The notes under the pieces were generated by a model. That model did no database searches. It saw only the letters and a program-made list of their open reading frames with translations, and was not told the DNA's origin. From Octopus sinensis (taxonomy: Eukaryota), in assembly GCF_006345805.1 (NCBI RefSeq), contig NW_021834233.1:1-64000 (forward strand): a stretch of 64,000 bases of DNA, given 5' to 3'. The translations under genes were made by a program, and so were the position numbers. Below are positions 1 to 12,625 of this stretch, one piece after another. How positions within the stretch are numbered: position 1 is the stretch's first letter; the number at the start of each line of letters is the position of its first letter.

Positions 1-118
1 GGCCACTGTTTAGTCAACATTTTTTTGGTATCGACCTTGACTGTTTAACAGCGATATCTACTGTAAAACTCCAGGCTCGGCTTTGGTCTATCGGAATAAT
101 CTTTATTCACGAATAATA

Positions 119-324
119 TACAAAGGAGTGCTGAAAGGTTCCTAGCTTTGAAGGTAACGCGAAGGACCTGGTTAGAGGCCCAGCCTTCCGAGTTCTTTAG
201 CAAGGACCACTCCAATAAGTTTGTGAATTTGAGAGTGGGGCTACGTTGAATAAAATCATAATTAACTGATGCTCCTATATATTCATTTACCCAAAGCCCA
301 AAACTTCTCAGCACATCTTTGTTA
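119..324. mobile_element. Short MITE with ~32-bp imperfect terminal inverted repeats (mariner-like ends)
   Basis: Left end TACAAAGGAGTGCTGAAAGGTTCCTAGCTTTG (119-150). The reverse complement of the right end (292-324) reads TAACAAAGATGTGCTGAGAAGTTTTGGGCTTTG. TA at both extremes and no coding capacity. Confidence 0.6.
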
Positions 325-811
325 AAACCTTTTCTCATTAACTAGATTATCTGAAAATCGTGGAATTAAGCATATATCTAAAATATACAATGAAAAACCT
401 ACAATAGACTGGATCTTATCTGTGTTTGTCTTATAAATTGGGAGCCATTTTGATTGTACAAAAAGAAAATAGGAAAAAACACAAACAGACATAACTGAAT
501 GCGCCGGGTTATATACTTTTAAAGCCATACAAAAATTAAGACATTACAGTATGCATATATTTAGAGATTGCTCTCTATTTTGTTAATATGGTCAGTTCTC
601 CTTAATCCATTTTTAACATTAATGTCTTGTCTATGCTTTCACATTTTGTATATAGATTTGCTCAGCTTACGATATCGGCCTCAACAGTAAACTCCCTAGT
701 GGTCACGATCACTCATGAAACTTGTTGGAAGCATAAATATATTACATCAACTTTAATTTAAGAAAAAAACAAACAAAATAAAACAACAAAAAACTAAAAG
801 TGATATACGCT

Positions 812-1090
812 CAGGCGTGGCTGTGTGTTAAGGAGTTGACTCCCGAATCACATGCTTCCGGGTTCAGTCCCATTTCATGCCAACTCAGGCAAGTGCCTCC
901 TACTTTAGTCTCAAGCAGATCAAAGCCTTGTCAGTGGATTTAGGAGACGGAAACTGAAAGAAGCTCTTCGTATATATAAATATATACGAGGGAGGCTATC
1001 CCTCACTTATACTACTTGACAACTGGTGTTGGTTTGCTTATGTCCTCGTAAATTAGCGGTTCGACAAAAGAATAAGTACTCGGCTTTTAA
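812..1090 (+). mobile_element. tRNA-headed SINE, family 1, degenerate copy
   Basis: Homologous along its length to the better copies at 1621 and 32007 (GGCGTGGCTGTGTG...CCGGGTTCAGTCCC...GACGGAAACTGAAAGAAGC...TAGCGGTTCGACAAAAGAATAAGTACT). Confidence 0.8.
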
Positions 1091-1620
1091 AAAATCTCAA
1101 TTTTCTGATCGCTGCAGCGAAAGACTTGGAAGTAATTTGTCGTTAGAAGGAAAATGAAGATGCTTAACCATTTAGACGTTGATAAAATATCAACAAACAC
1201 ATGAAAATCTTAAAGGATCTTTCGACTAAGAAGAAATAACAGGAGAATTGGGATGTCTCTTACGAGCACATGGCACAATAAATACTGTAGTTTTAACCAC
1301 CAGCGTAGCTACGGAAAGCGGCACTTTTGGGTCTGCTGTAGGCAATTTGTGTTGTTTTTTTTTTAAGGTACCGGGACTACAAATGGAAGGGCCGCCCCGG
1401 GCGGCACACACTCAAGCTAATGATCTTAGCACGTCGGGCGAAATGCATAGCGGTAATTAGACTGTATTTACGCTCTGAGTTCAAATTTCACCAAGGTCGA
1501 CAGAACTGCCACCAACGAAAACAAACAAAAAAAGACAAAGAAAAAAGAAAACGATGACGACGATGGCAACTTTAAAAAATAGAAAGAAACAAAACAATTT
1601 CAATGGTGTTAACCATGGTG

Positions 1621-2028
1621 CAGGAGTGGCTGTGTGGTAAGTAGCTTCTTACCAACCACATAGTTCCGGGTTCAGTCCCACTGCGTGGCACCTTGGGCAA
1701 GTTTCTTCTGATATAGCCTCGGGCTGACCAAAGCCTTCAGAGTGGATTTGGTAGACGGAAATTGAAAGAAGCCCGTCGTATATATGTATATATGTGTATG
1801 TATATGATTGTACATCTGTATTTGCCCCCCCCCCAAATCGCTTGAAAACAAATGCTGGTGTGTTTACGTTCCCGTCACATTAGCGGTTCGGCAAGAGAGA
1901 CCGATAGAATAAGTACTAGGCTTACAAAGAACAAGTCCTGGGTTCCGATTTGCTCGACTAAAGGCAGTGCTCCAGCATAGCCGCAGTCAAATGACTGAAA
2001 CAAATATAAAATAATAAAAGAACAAAGA
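1621..2028 (+). mobile_element. tRNA-headed SINE, family 1, full length
   Basis: A-box-like TGGCTGTGTGG, B-box-like GGTTCAGTCCC, central TTGGGCAAGT..CTTCT..TATAGCCTCGGG, internal TA/TG microsatellite, tail ...GTGCTCCAGCATAGCCGCAGTCAAATGACTGAAAC. Multiple copies in the window. Confidence 0.9.
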
Positions 2029-2359
2029 ATGCTCGTAGAAGGACGACAAGACAGAACGTTTGGTATCTTCACTTGTGTCGTATTCCTTATAAACAGAAAC
2101 GCCACGTAGCATTATTTTGTTTGCCTTCGCGAAAATGCTAAGCTATTCAAGTAATCACCGAATAGAATTGTTAATATCTACAAAATGATTGATCTTCTGA
2201 GGTTGTATTATTGCGCAGGGAATTGTATTACAATACGAAAACTAAATCCAGTTACTTGACAACTTTCATATGGATTTCCTGTGTAACATTTGCAAAATTT
2301 CCGCTTACTTTGTTACAGCGAACGAAGCATTTATGAATGCATATGGAGAAATATATATT

Positions 2360-2595
2360 TACATAAGTACACAGAAGCAAACTTACATACAGACATATAT
2401 GTATACATATAGGCTTACATACATACATACACACATATAGATACGTGTGTATATGTATATACATATGAATGTATGTATATATATATACCAACATACATAC
2501 ATGCATACATGCATATACATATGCGAACATATCTACACACACATACACATATATATGTGTTGTGCGTATATATCTGCATGTGTATGTGTATATGT

Positions 2596-2669
<74 letters not shown>

Positions 2670-2729
2670 TACACACATGTATGTATTATAAATACACTTA
2701 TGCATATTCATGCATACGTACACTTATGA

Positions 2730-2783
<54 letters not shown>

Positions 2784-2859
2784 GTGTATATATATATATA
2801 TATTCGTATATAAATATACACATACATACATAAGTGTATGCATACATGCATACATACAA

Positions 2860-2922
<63 letters not shown>

Positions 2923-3215
2923 CTTACATTCATATGTGTGTGTATGTGCGTCTGTATACAAATCGCGTGTTTGATTTAAGTGTAGTATAATATTGCTGTA
3001 GACAATATGCAGTATTATGGAGAGCATCGCCACCTATTAATCTCTTCCTTGCAGGCCTTCCTGTAAATGGGTTTACACCTATTACACCAAAGCCACGCTC
3101 TCTTTATGTCGGAATATATAGAACTTACAGAAAATGTGCTTGTGTTTATAAATGTGAAAGCGGAGGAGAAGCCACGTTCTCACAAATATAGACACAAAAC
3201 ACAGACACTCAGATT

Positions 3216-3249
<34 letters not shown>

Positions 3250-3648
3250 CACTTATATACAAACATATATACATACATACATATATACAAACATACATAC
3301 ATACATAGATACATACATACACACATACATACATACAAACATACATACATACATACATATATATACTTACATACATACATACATTCATACATATATACAT
3401 ACATACATACAAACATACATACATACATTCAAACATACATACATACCTATATACATACATATATACATACATACATACATACATATATACACACATACAT
3501 ACATACATACACACATACATACATACAAACATACATACATACATACATATATATATACTTACATACATACATATATACATACATACATATATACAAACAT
3601 ACATACATACATACATACATACATACATGCATACATACATACGTACAT
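2360..3648. repeat. Compound microsatellite blocks: TA, CA, TACA (2360-2950) and (CATA)n (3217-3648)
   Basis: Directly visible; accounts for the YI/HT/VC low-complexity ORFs in the track. Confidence 0.95.
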
Positions 3649-4515
3649 AAGTGCGTACTTATATGCTGCACATTAATATGTTGGCTATATTGCACTTCGT
3701 CCCCTCGTTAAATTATATTTTCGTTATTCGTTATCACACGTTTACGCAAAATAAAACTGGTTATGAAAATGGACACCCTCAAACTAGAAACATGTTTGAT
3801 CTTTGTATACGACATGATGTTTTATGTGATAAATATTGACCACAGCATAAAGCGTATTCAGTTTTAGTATCTAACATTCCCCCAGACATTGGAATAAAAT
3901 TATGCAAAACGAAACGTGTATATTTAGTGGTGAAACGAAGAACATTTATGTCCTGACTGAACTCTGAAGTAAATATGTAAGTATTTCTCATGCAGGTTTA
4001 TATTCCTGTGAGAATTATAATTATTTTGAACTGAATTATAATGCTAGGTATGATGATATCATCTATAAGAAATGAATATCTCAAGACAGATTGGAAGCGA
4101 CGTACATCAGTATTCTAATAGTACAAAAACCATATCGCTGAGAGCGAACTTGCAGGGTTTCACTCTACACCAATTATTTGACTCTTGATTCTTCAATACT
4201 TGTGTGAAGACCGAAACAAATTTTCTTTGCTATGGAAAATTTCAACGTCAATTAAGGACAGAGATCAATTTTTCTATACAAAGCGTGCGATCGTTGTACT
4301 TAAATCTGTATCAACATCACATGAGACACAGAATATGAAATTGAAGAAATATGTCTAACAGTGGAAAGACATTCAATAGACGATGCTTTGAAATGGTGAT
4401 TAATAAGAGTATATATATTCTTTTATTTGCTTCAGTCATGCTGGAGCACAGCCTTATATATATATATATAAAATAAATCTCCGAACGTGGTATAAACTGT
4501 AAATGCACGACAATG

Positions 4516-4931
4516 TGAAGTATATTTGCCACTTAAATGTGGCTAACCACTAAGGGTAGATGCTATCATAGCTTGTAGCCTCAGGAGAACATCTGCTCCA
4601 GCTGGCTATTGACACACTTTCTGTGCCCTATCAGTATTTGCAAAGGGAAGCCATCCTTCTCATCGTCGATCCTTCCCATCAGTGACTTTTCGTCACTGTA
4701 AAAAGGATATATATATTTGAATTGGGACCCTTCGCATCGAAGAACGGTAATTGTCGTGCGCTGACGATGGGTAAATACCCAGAAACCCGATCCGTGCTTC
4801 CTTTTGCAAATACTGATAGGGCACAGAAAGTTTGTCAATAGCCAGCTGCGGAAGATGTTCTCCTGGGGCTACATGCTACAGTAGCATCCACCCTTAAGGG
4901 TTAGCCACATTTAAGTGGCAAATATACTTCA
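4516..4931. mobile_element. MITE with ~135-bp terminal inverted repeats
   Basis: TGAAGTATATTTGCCACTTAAATGTGGCTAACC...GTATTTGCAAAGGGAAGC (4516-4650) is the reverse complement of GCTTCCTTTTGCAAATAC...GGTTAGCCACATTTAAGTGGCAAATATACTTCA (4796-4931). A second copy lies at 38179-38464. Confidence 0.85.
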
Positions 4932-4936
4932 TATAT

Positions 4937-4970
<34 letters not shown>

Positions 4971-5001
4971 CGCGAGAAAGAAGCAACAAGAATGGATAGG
5001 T

Positions 5002-5092
5002 TTTTAGTACAATCGTTTCATACAAGGACAGGCTTTATTAAATGTTGCAAAAATTACAGCATATAAACGTGTCCCGTACTCATCAGCTAAAA
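5002..5092 (-). ncRNA. Type I hammerhead ribozyme motif in Penelope-like 3' end
   Basis: Minus strand: UUUUAG-CUGAUGA-GUAC GGGACA..(39 nt)..UGUCCU U GUAU-GAAAC-GAUU-GUA-CUAAAA. 6-bp stem I, ~10-bp stem II with one bulge, near-palindromic stem III ACGAUUGU, cleavage triplet GUA. Confidence 0.75.
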
Positions 5093-6549
5093 TACATGTG
5101 AGTTCTCTAGACATCCTAGTGGTTGAGGCTATACTCATGAAGTAATGTAGGTAATTAAGTAACATAAACAGATTTCCAAAGTTCATTAAAGTTCTTTAAA
5201 GATGATGTACAGTCTTATCACAGAATTTTAAAAAAGTTTTAATAGCATCACAGAGAAGGTGACCTAATCCATAGTGCACATATGCATTTCCAGAGATATG
5301 AGGAGGGATTACATACTCACAGACGACAAATTTATCCATTGTTAATCACAACGAGGTGGGTCTCAATTCCTGCTTATTAGCATTACAGAGAGGGTGAATT
5401 AATCCTTTGTATAGATGCACAATTTCCAATGGTGTAGATGTAAATTTCCAGAGAAATGAAGAGGAATTTCATATTCACAGGCGATAAATTTATCAATGGT
5501 TGAACACAATGAGGTAGGTATCAATTCTTGTTAATGTTTAGGTATTTGCCACATTACTCACATTACTGCTATTTACAAGAGGCTGTAGCTATTTAACTTT
5601 TAAAGGCTGAAGGGCTTTCTAGAGATGCAAAGAACAGAAAAGGGAAGGGGAGAGAAGAAAAGAGAGGAAATAAAGGAGGAGGGAGCAAAAAGGGGGGGAG
5701 GGGGACTAAAAGAGAAGAGAAAAGGAAAAAGAGAATAAGAAGAAGAAAAAGAAAAAAGAGAAAAGAGAAAGAAATAGGGAAAGAAGGGAAAAAAGAAAAA
5801 GAAAAAAGAGGGTTCTAGTTATACAGAAGAATTAGTAGACGGCAAGTCTGGTTTTAATTTACAGGCATCTAGGAATAGAGGAGAATATTATTCTTTGACC
5901 AGTAAAACAGCTAATTTATTGCTGTTGAAATCAGCTATGAATTTAAAGAGAATCTAAAGAGATAACACGGTCAGGGGTTTAGGAGTCAGAGGCTAAAATC
6001 AAAAGAAAATACATTAGGAAAATCTAAGTATAATCTTATCAAAAAGTCATTAAAATTTATTTATTTCATTTATTCATTTTATTGTCTTAAGGAGTTGCCG
6101 TTATTATTCATACATTGACGGACTGCAGGTCAAATCTTAGAAGATCATTTACAAGGTGTTAGGGAATTGTCTATCATAATGAAGATAATCATATTATCAC
6201 CGAGGGAGTAGCCTTATTTATTTAATTTTGAAATAGAATTATGGGGCTTTAGTAACTCATTTTATTTTATTAAAGTTATGCTACTTAAATTAGATTAAGT
6301 TACGAATTAAAATTAAAAATTACAATTAAGATTTAAAATTAAGATTTAAAATTATGAGTTTGAAATTAAATAAAGTCTCAATTAAGCAGCGTATAAGTAC
6401 TATTCATTTCCCTGTTCTCAAAAAACTGATGCAGATATAAGGAAAAAGATAACTGTAGTGTGAGAACTCTTAGTTATCTACTTAAAGCAGTGCTATACTA
6501 GTAAAAATCAAGTTATATCTATCTATCTATCTAGTTACAAATATTCTAA

Positions 6550-6845
6550 TCATTTAAAATATTTTAAAGTCTTCAATTTAGCGTGGACACAAACTTGACC
6601 TAGTTCGATATGGTTATTCAATAAGTTTCTATGTTTTCTATGCTTTAGAATTTCATACGTCTCCATGGAGCATAGTTGGCAACCAACCCTACTATTTTTA
6701 TACGGAATTGCTCTCCTAACTATTTCCCAATTAAGGTTATAATTATTATTATTATGTTTGAGTTCCCAGATTTTGTTTGAAAGTGTGGTGGTACCAGCTT
6801 TATGACGTAATTTAAAAGACGAGATGTGATTTCTAACTCTGGCTA
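6550..6845 (-). pseudogene. C-terminal fragment of Penelope-like GIY-YIG endonuclease
   Basis: RVRNHISSFK...TTLSNKIWELK...LNWEIVRRAIPY...CQLCSMETYEIL...LLNNHIELGQVCVH matches the RxxH..SF / LS..IW.LK / W.I / CxLCxxE / LN / CxH pattern of PLE endonucleases. The N-terminal part is replaced by (TA)n. Confidence 0.8.
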
Positions 6846-6879
6846 GAAAAATTAATTGTACATCCAATGTAAAAAATAT

Positions 6880-6938
<59 letters not shown>

Positions 6939-7069
6939 TGTATATATATATATCTCTCTCCCCATCTATCTATCTCTCTATTATCTATCTATCCATCCCT
7001 CCATCCATCCCTCCCTCCAGCACCCATCTCTATCTATCTATCTATCTATCTATCTCTCCTCTCTCTCTA

Positions 7070-7110
<41 letters not shown>

Positions 7111-9135
7111 ATCTATATAAATAATGCATATGTACGTACGTATACATACACACACACACACTTACACATGTTCGTGCCATTATGCATTCACACATATATT
7201 TATGGATACACCTGCATTCACATATACATATGTAGGGAGATGGATGTTTGAAAAATTCTTTTATGTTTAGCATAAAAATGTTTAGTTAAATCATATAGAA
7301 ATTTGCACGGAATGTGCAAACGCGCATACACACACACTTATTGGAAGGAGGGATTCTTGATACTTTTAAGATAACGGAGTTGATAAAAGACTACATAGCA
7401 TGTCACCAATGAGTTGACCGAGTGCTATGATTGATCGTCGTGTCTTCTAAAATTCCTATTTCTCAACAACCAAGGAGCGAAGAAATTCGCAGGTGACATG
7501 CTCTCCAAATTTAATAAACGTTGCTGCTGTACATAGACATCAATATGCATTATCCCCCAAAGCATTTTGATCCCTTTCGACGATAGCTTTATGATTTAAG
7601 CCAATATGAAGGCAGGAAGATTTGATCAGGGTGTGAAAGAATGCAAAAGAAGCACCAAGTAAGATGGAATATACGTAAGATGACTTATTCTTACTGCAAC
7701 GTTCACCGGAAATGCTAATAAGGGATAATTTTCATGCACTGAACAACTGATAATTTCGTACATTTTATAATAATAATTACAGTTGCAACAGATCCTAATT
7801 TCATCAAAAGATTCAGTGCTTGTGGCGGTGTGCTGGGTTGTATTCTTCAGTCACACCAAGAACTGTGTTAGTGGAATGCGAGCCCCGGACAGAGCAAAGG
7901 ATCGTGGTTACACTAATGGACAACTCCTTCCCGGAGGTAAAAAAAAAATGTAGAGAAAGCAAAATTATAGAAGCATTGATGGCAATTGAAAGCTAGTATG
8001 ACCTGGGAAAGGAAGGCCGCCTTTCAGGGAAAAATAAGCCTAAAGCACAAGTGAGGACGGAAATCCAAGGGCGATGAATGATACTGAAAACACAGAAATA
8101 TAAGTGGAGAAAAGCAGAAAAGACAGTCCAGTGTCGAGGGCAGAGGAGATATGTCGTTGATGTCTGCGTTCGATATGAAGCAAACAGCTTTAAAGAAAAA
8201 ATAGATTCTAATGCGAAACACTATGCGGTTTTAAGCAGAAAATATACTGATTTTTAATGTGTTTATCAAAACAATGTAATATATTAAAACAGTATACAAT
8301 GCATAAACAACAAAGATATTGTTCATATATCAAAACACTCAGATCACAAAATAATTTGGGGCTGGCAGAACAAATCTTATGAATCAGTTTATTCTTGGAA
8401 ACAATTCCACATACAAGACTATATCTAATGTCTAAAGCACGAACATATACAGCAGAATTGATAATTCCTAGAAGCAGCGAATGAGTAGATTTATCAGCAT
8501 AGAAATTAGTTTGGCGCATCTTCAAAACATGAGCAGACAGGAAAATTGCTGTTATATTCAGAATCTACTGCTAAGAGTACTTAGCAGTAGGCCTAGACCA
8601 CATTGTGAGTGAATTATTTCATTATCCAATTTTTCCCGTTATGTCCTTTTGAATTATATGCGAAGGAAAATTTTAATAAATTTAGAGTATATAATGTACA
8701 ATAGGTAAAAGAAATCAGTAGATTCTTTGTCATTCAAATTGATGTCACCAGCCTCTTAAAATAGTTTAAAATACTCTTATTTTGACATGTCCTGTTTTAA
8801 GCTCTTACTATTTGTGAAATTGTCAGTATCTGTTTGAATATGAAAAAGTAAGCTGAAATTACTCGTTAACTGTTTCCCGTCTCCGAAACAGAGAGGAAAA
8901 TATCTCTTCCTTAAGAATGTTAACTGAAACGTAAAATTCTCAGTAACAGAAGCTATTTGTTTTTATATTCAGGGTTGCTAAATATTATTGGTAGAATTTG
9001 CTTCCCATAAATTATGAATTTATGGAGGTCAGTATACTGGCACCGACTTTGATTTTTCTCTCTATGTTGATGCCATCGAAGACTGTAGGCTCAAACGGTC
9101 ACTAACTTTTGTCATTTGGTCTTGTAAATTTGAAC

Positions 9136-9191
<56 letters not shown>

Positions 9192-9335
9192 TATATATAA
9201 ACACATGTGTATGCATCTACCTATCGATGTATCTAGCTCTCCCTCCCTTCTCTCTCCTCTATGTGTGTGTGTGTACATACATGCGTAGAGGTGTTGGTTG
9301 TATAAAGGAAGCTGCATATATGATCAATAAAACTA

Positions 9336-9900
9336 TTGGGTTGTCCGGAAAGTTCGTGCCGATTTATAGTAGCTTACCATTCGACTTATTTTAGAGCATG
9401 GTTGAGTCCATAAAATAGGATTTGACTACACCTTCATTTAGTGCACAGTTTAAGCTATAATTTCGTGGAAGAAGGTTTATGTTCCTATAACCTGTGTTAA
9501 TTCTGTAACCCTTTAAATTAGAGATAAGAAAGTTCATTTTCGGCTGTTGATACTTTGGGAACAAGACAAAAATAGCTGCAGCTCGGCTGGGATGTGTTAC
9601 TCCACCCTACATATTCACCAGATATTGTTCCTTCGGATTTCCACTTATTCATGTCTCTGCAGAATAGTCTTAATGGTAAAAATTTCGATTCCTTGGATGA
9701 CGTAAAAAGATACCTTGATGAATTCTTTGCCATGAAACCACCACAATTCTGGGAAAAGGGTTATTTTCAAGTTAAAGGAAAGATGGAGACACATTGTGCA
9801 ACAAAATGGTTCATATTTGGTTGATTAAAAATGCCATGGCAAGTATTTATTGACCTTATTCTTTCCTTTAAAAATCGGCACGAAGTTCCCGGACAATCTA
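9336..9900 (+). mobile_element. Internally deleted mariner element with both TIRs and transposase C-terminus
   Basis: TIRs TTGGGTTGTCCGGAAAGTTCGTGCCGATTT and AAATCGGCACGAAGTTCCCGGACAATCTA, flanking TA dinucleotides. ORF 9594-9824 LLHPTYSPDIVPSDFHLFMSLQNSLNGKNF matches the mariner HPPYSPDLAPSDYHLF motif. Confidence 0.92.
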
Positions 9901-10664
9901 TATTTTATTCGTAATATAAACAATAATGATTTAGATAACATTTATGTAATAGCAGACACGTTTTCATGCAGTCCTTAAAATTATTGTTGCTTGTGTCCAC
10001 CTTTAAGTCACTTCTATGGATCAGAATCTTTTATAGTTTCCAACACGTCATAATTTTAGCATTGCCCACTTCGTTATGTAATTTGTGTCATTTCGTTATT
10101 ATTTTAAGCGGTAAAACGTATGATAGAAGGGAATTCTGCTTCTGCTGCGACTGCTGTTATTTTTGGCACTCAAGTGAACACAGGCGATTTTTTTTTACTG
10201 GTCTGGTCTTATGTTGGTGGTTTGAAACAAACAACCATCTTTTAAAGAAGGCAGCGGCGCGACATTGCGCTCCAAGACGATGACCTAGCTAATTACCGTT
10301 TCATAACAACGTCATAAGAAAGATAATTAAAGAAAGTACCCTCCTCGCAAATAAAAGACAAAAAAAAAAAGAAGAAAATACACACATAAATACATTCATA
10401 TAAAAAGAAAAAAAAGATAATAAATAAATAACAAACCAATAGACAAGACACTAATGACAATAAGTGAAAACAAACAAAACGATAATAAAGATTTCGAAAG
10501 TATAAAAGAATACAAAAACAAAAGAAAAAGCCAAAGAAAAAATCCTAATTATACGAAAGTGAAACCAAAACAATTAAACAAACACAAGAAAATAGCACGT
10601 ATATAATTGAGTAAATTGGAAGCAGTTAAATATCTCTTTCTTAAAATTTACCTACCTGTGAGTG

Positions 10665-10872
10665 TGTGCGAGCGTGTACGTCTGTGTGTGTGTGTGTGTG
10701 TGTGAGGATTGTATGTGTGTGTGTATGTGTTGTATGTGTGTGTATGTGTGTGCGTGTTTGTGCGTGGTTATCTGAGTGCTTATTAGAGGCTGATACACAC
10801 ACACACGTGTGCATTTATGTATATGTATATACAGACAAAACAAAATATATGTATGCATATATGTGTATATAC

Positions 10873-10918
<46 letters not shown>

Positions 10919-10971
10919 TATAATAATATAGTATATGATGTATATATGTATATATATATGGATATGTGTGC

Positions 10972-11004
<33 letters not shown>

Positions 11005-11040
11005 TATATATACATACATACATACATACACACACACACT

Positions 11041-11080
<40 letters not shown>

Positions 11081-11227
11081 TGTGCGTGTGTGTGCACGTC
11101 TGTATGTGTATATAAGTTGATTATCTCCCTTTTGTATTAGTCACATTCCAATCTCTTAAAGAGGATCGAATGTGACTAATTCAAAAGTATGTTGCCAGTG
11201 TATTCAGACAGAAACATCCGCAAACAT

Positions 11228-11264
<37 letters not shown>

Positions 11265-11507
11265 TACACTCACATGTGCACACACACGCAGACGCACACA
11301 CACACATACACACATACATAACGACACATACAAAAATGGTATACTAATACTCACGTACATTTCATCCATACATATATATATATATATATATACACACGTG
11401 TGTGTATGTTTGTATATATATATGTGTGTGTATGTAGATACATACATTATATATTATATGCATATGTTGTGTGAGTGTGTATGTATGTATATATAATATA
11501 TATACAT

Positions 11508-11551
<44 letters not shown>

Positions 11552-11620
11552 ATATATATATATATATAAATATATATAAATGCTCCACACATTACACACA
11601 TATATGCGTATGTGTGTATA
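10665..11620. repeat. Compound TG/TA/CA microsatellite region
   Basis: Directly visible dinucleotide and tetranucleotide arrays. Confidence 0.95.
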
Positions 11621-12584
11621 CATATATAAAGAGAGAAAAATAAAAAAGAGATTCGGCGAGGGAAAGAGAGGAGAGAGTCATCCCGTTGTGTGAGACGAAT
11701 AGTCATACAACAATAGCAGCCGTGGGTTCGAATCATATTCCATATTCCCCCCAAAAAAACCTATCCCTGGTCCTTCTATCTTATATCAGGAATGAATACC
11801 TATATATGTATATGACTGTGTATGAGTATTTTTTGTTACCTATCTATATTTGGTAATGTCGGAATTATTATCATGCTGAGCTTTACAATTACGTAATACA
11901 AGATCTGCATTCATAATGTTTTTATTTTTATTACATTTAATAATTAACTTTCAGTTATTCTCATTGGAAATGTGCGACTCCATCATAAATTGAATGCTTT
12001 ATAGAATTACTAGCTGGTCCCATGTCGTCTAAAATGACGGCTAAATGTAGTATTTTACATATAATTATGGATGGTAAATCAAATCAATACACTTGGCAAT
12101 GTTCACGTAGATTCACATACTTCCCTTGTATAGGCAAACACACACATACACACGTATACTCACACAGAGTTGAAACGCTGTTTGAGTTTTTTTTTCAGCT
12201 TTGAATATTCAGCATCCCACCAGTTTGCCACCACCTCTTCGTTCACTGTTCATCAATCACCCCTTCATGTTTCATTCATATGTTGTGACGGAGAAAAATA
12301 CAAGAGTAATATTATAGTAGATGCTGGATATTCAATACAGGCATTAAAAAAGAAAGAAACAAATCTCGTTGTTTGAATATGAATATAGCTGTCGTCTTGA
12401 AAAATAAAACAATCTTAGCTGTGATGAGGGCTGAGGCTGATGATATTTCTTCTATATATCGTTTAAATATGCGTTTTTACTTCAATCAAACTCTATGAAA
12501 TCGTGTATTACCTCTATATATATTCCCCAAAAGTCATTTCCCTCGCCTGGCCCTTGTAAATTATATCATACCTATATATATATA

Positions 12585-12625
<41 letters not shown>

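Larger units (their letters stand above)
4963..6870 (-). mobile_element. 5'-truncated Penelope-like retroelement (GIY-YIG tail, long 3' region, hammerhead ribozyme)
   Basis: The minus strand carries the endonuclease C-terminus (6550-6845), then ~1.4 kb non-coding sequence ending in a hammerhead motif (5002-5092). Both ends abut (TA)n arrays. The exact extent of element-derived sequence between the two landmarks is inferred. Confidence 0.7.

Noticed and set aside
4761-4800. CUGACGA-stem-GAAAC hammerhead-like motif inside the long-TIR MITE
   Set aside because: The cleavage triplet would be GUG, there is no stem I partner, and the sister copy reads CUGUCGA/GAAG; better explained as a simple hairpin.
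8973-9027. AG/GT-bounded 55-nt exon candidate
   Set aside because: Stop codons in all three frames.
12199-12320. Acceptor-led frame LNIQHPTSLPPPLRSLFINHPFMFHSYVVTEKNTRVIL resembling a serpin C-terminus
   Set aside because: It stops before the expected F.G.V..P motif, spacing after HPFMF is off, and no other serpin exons are visible.
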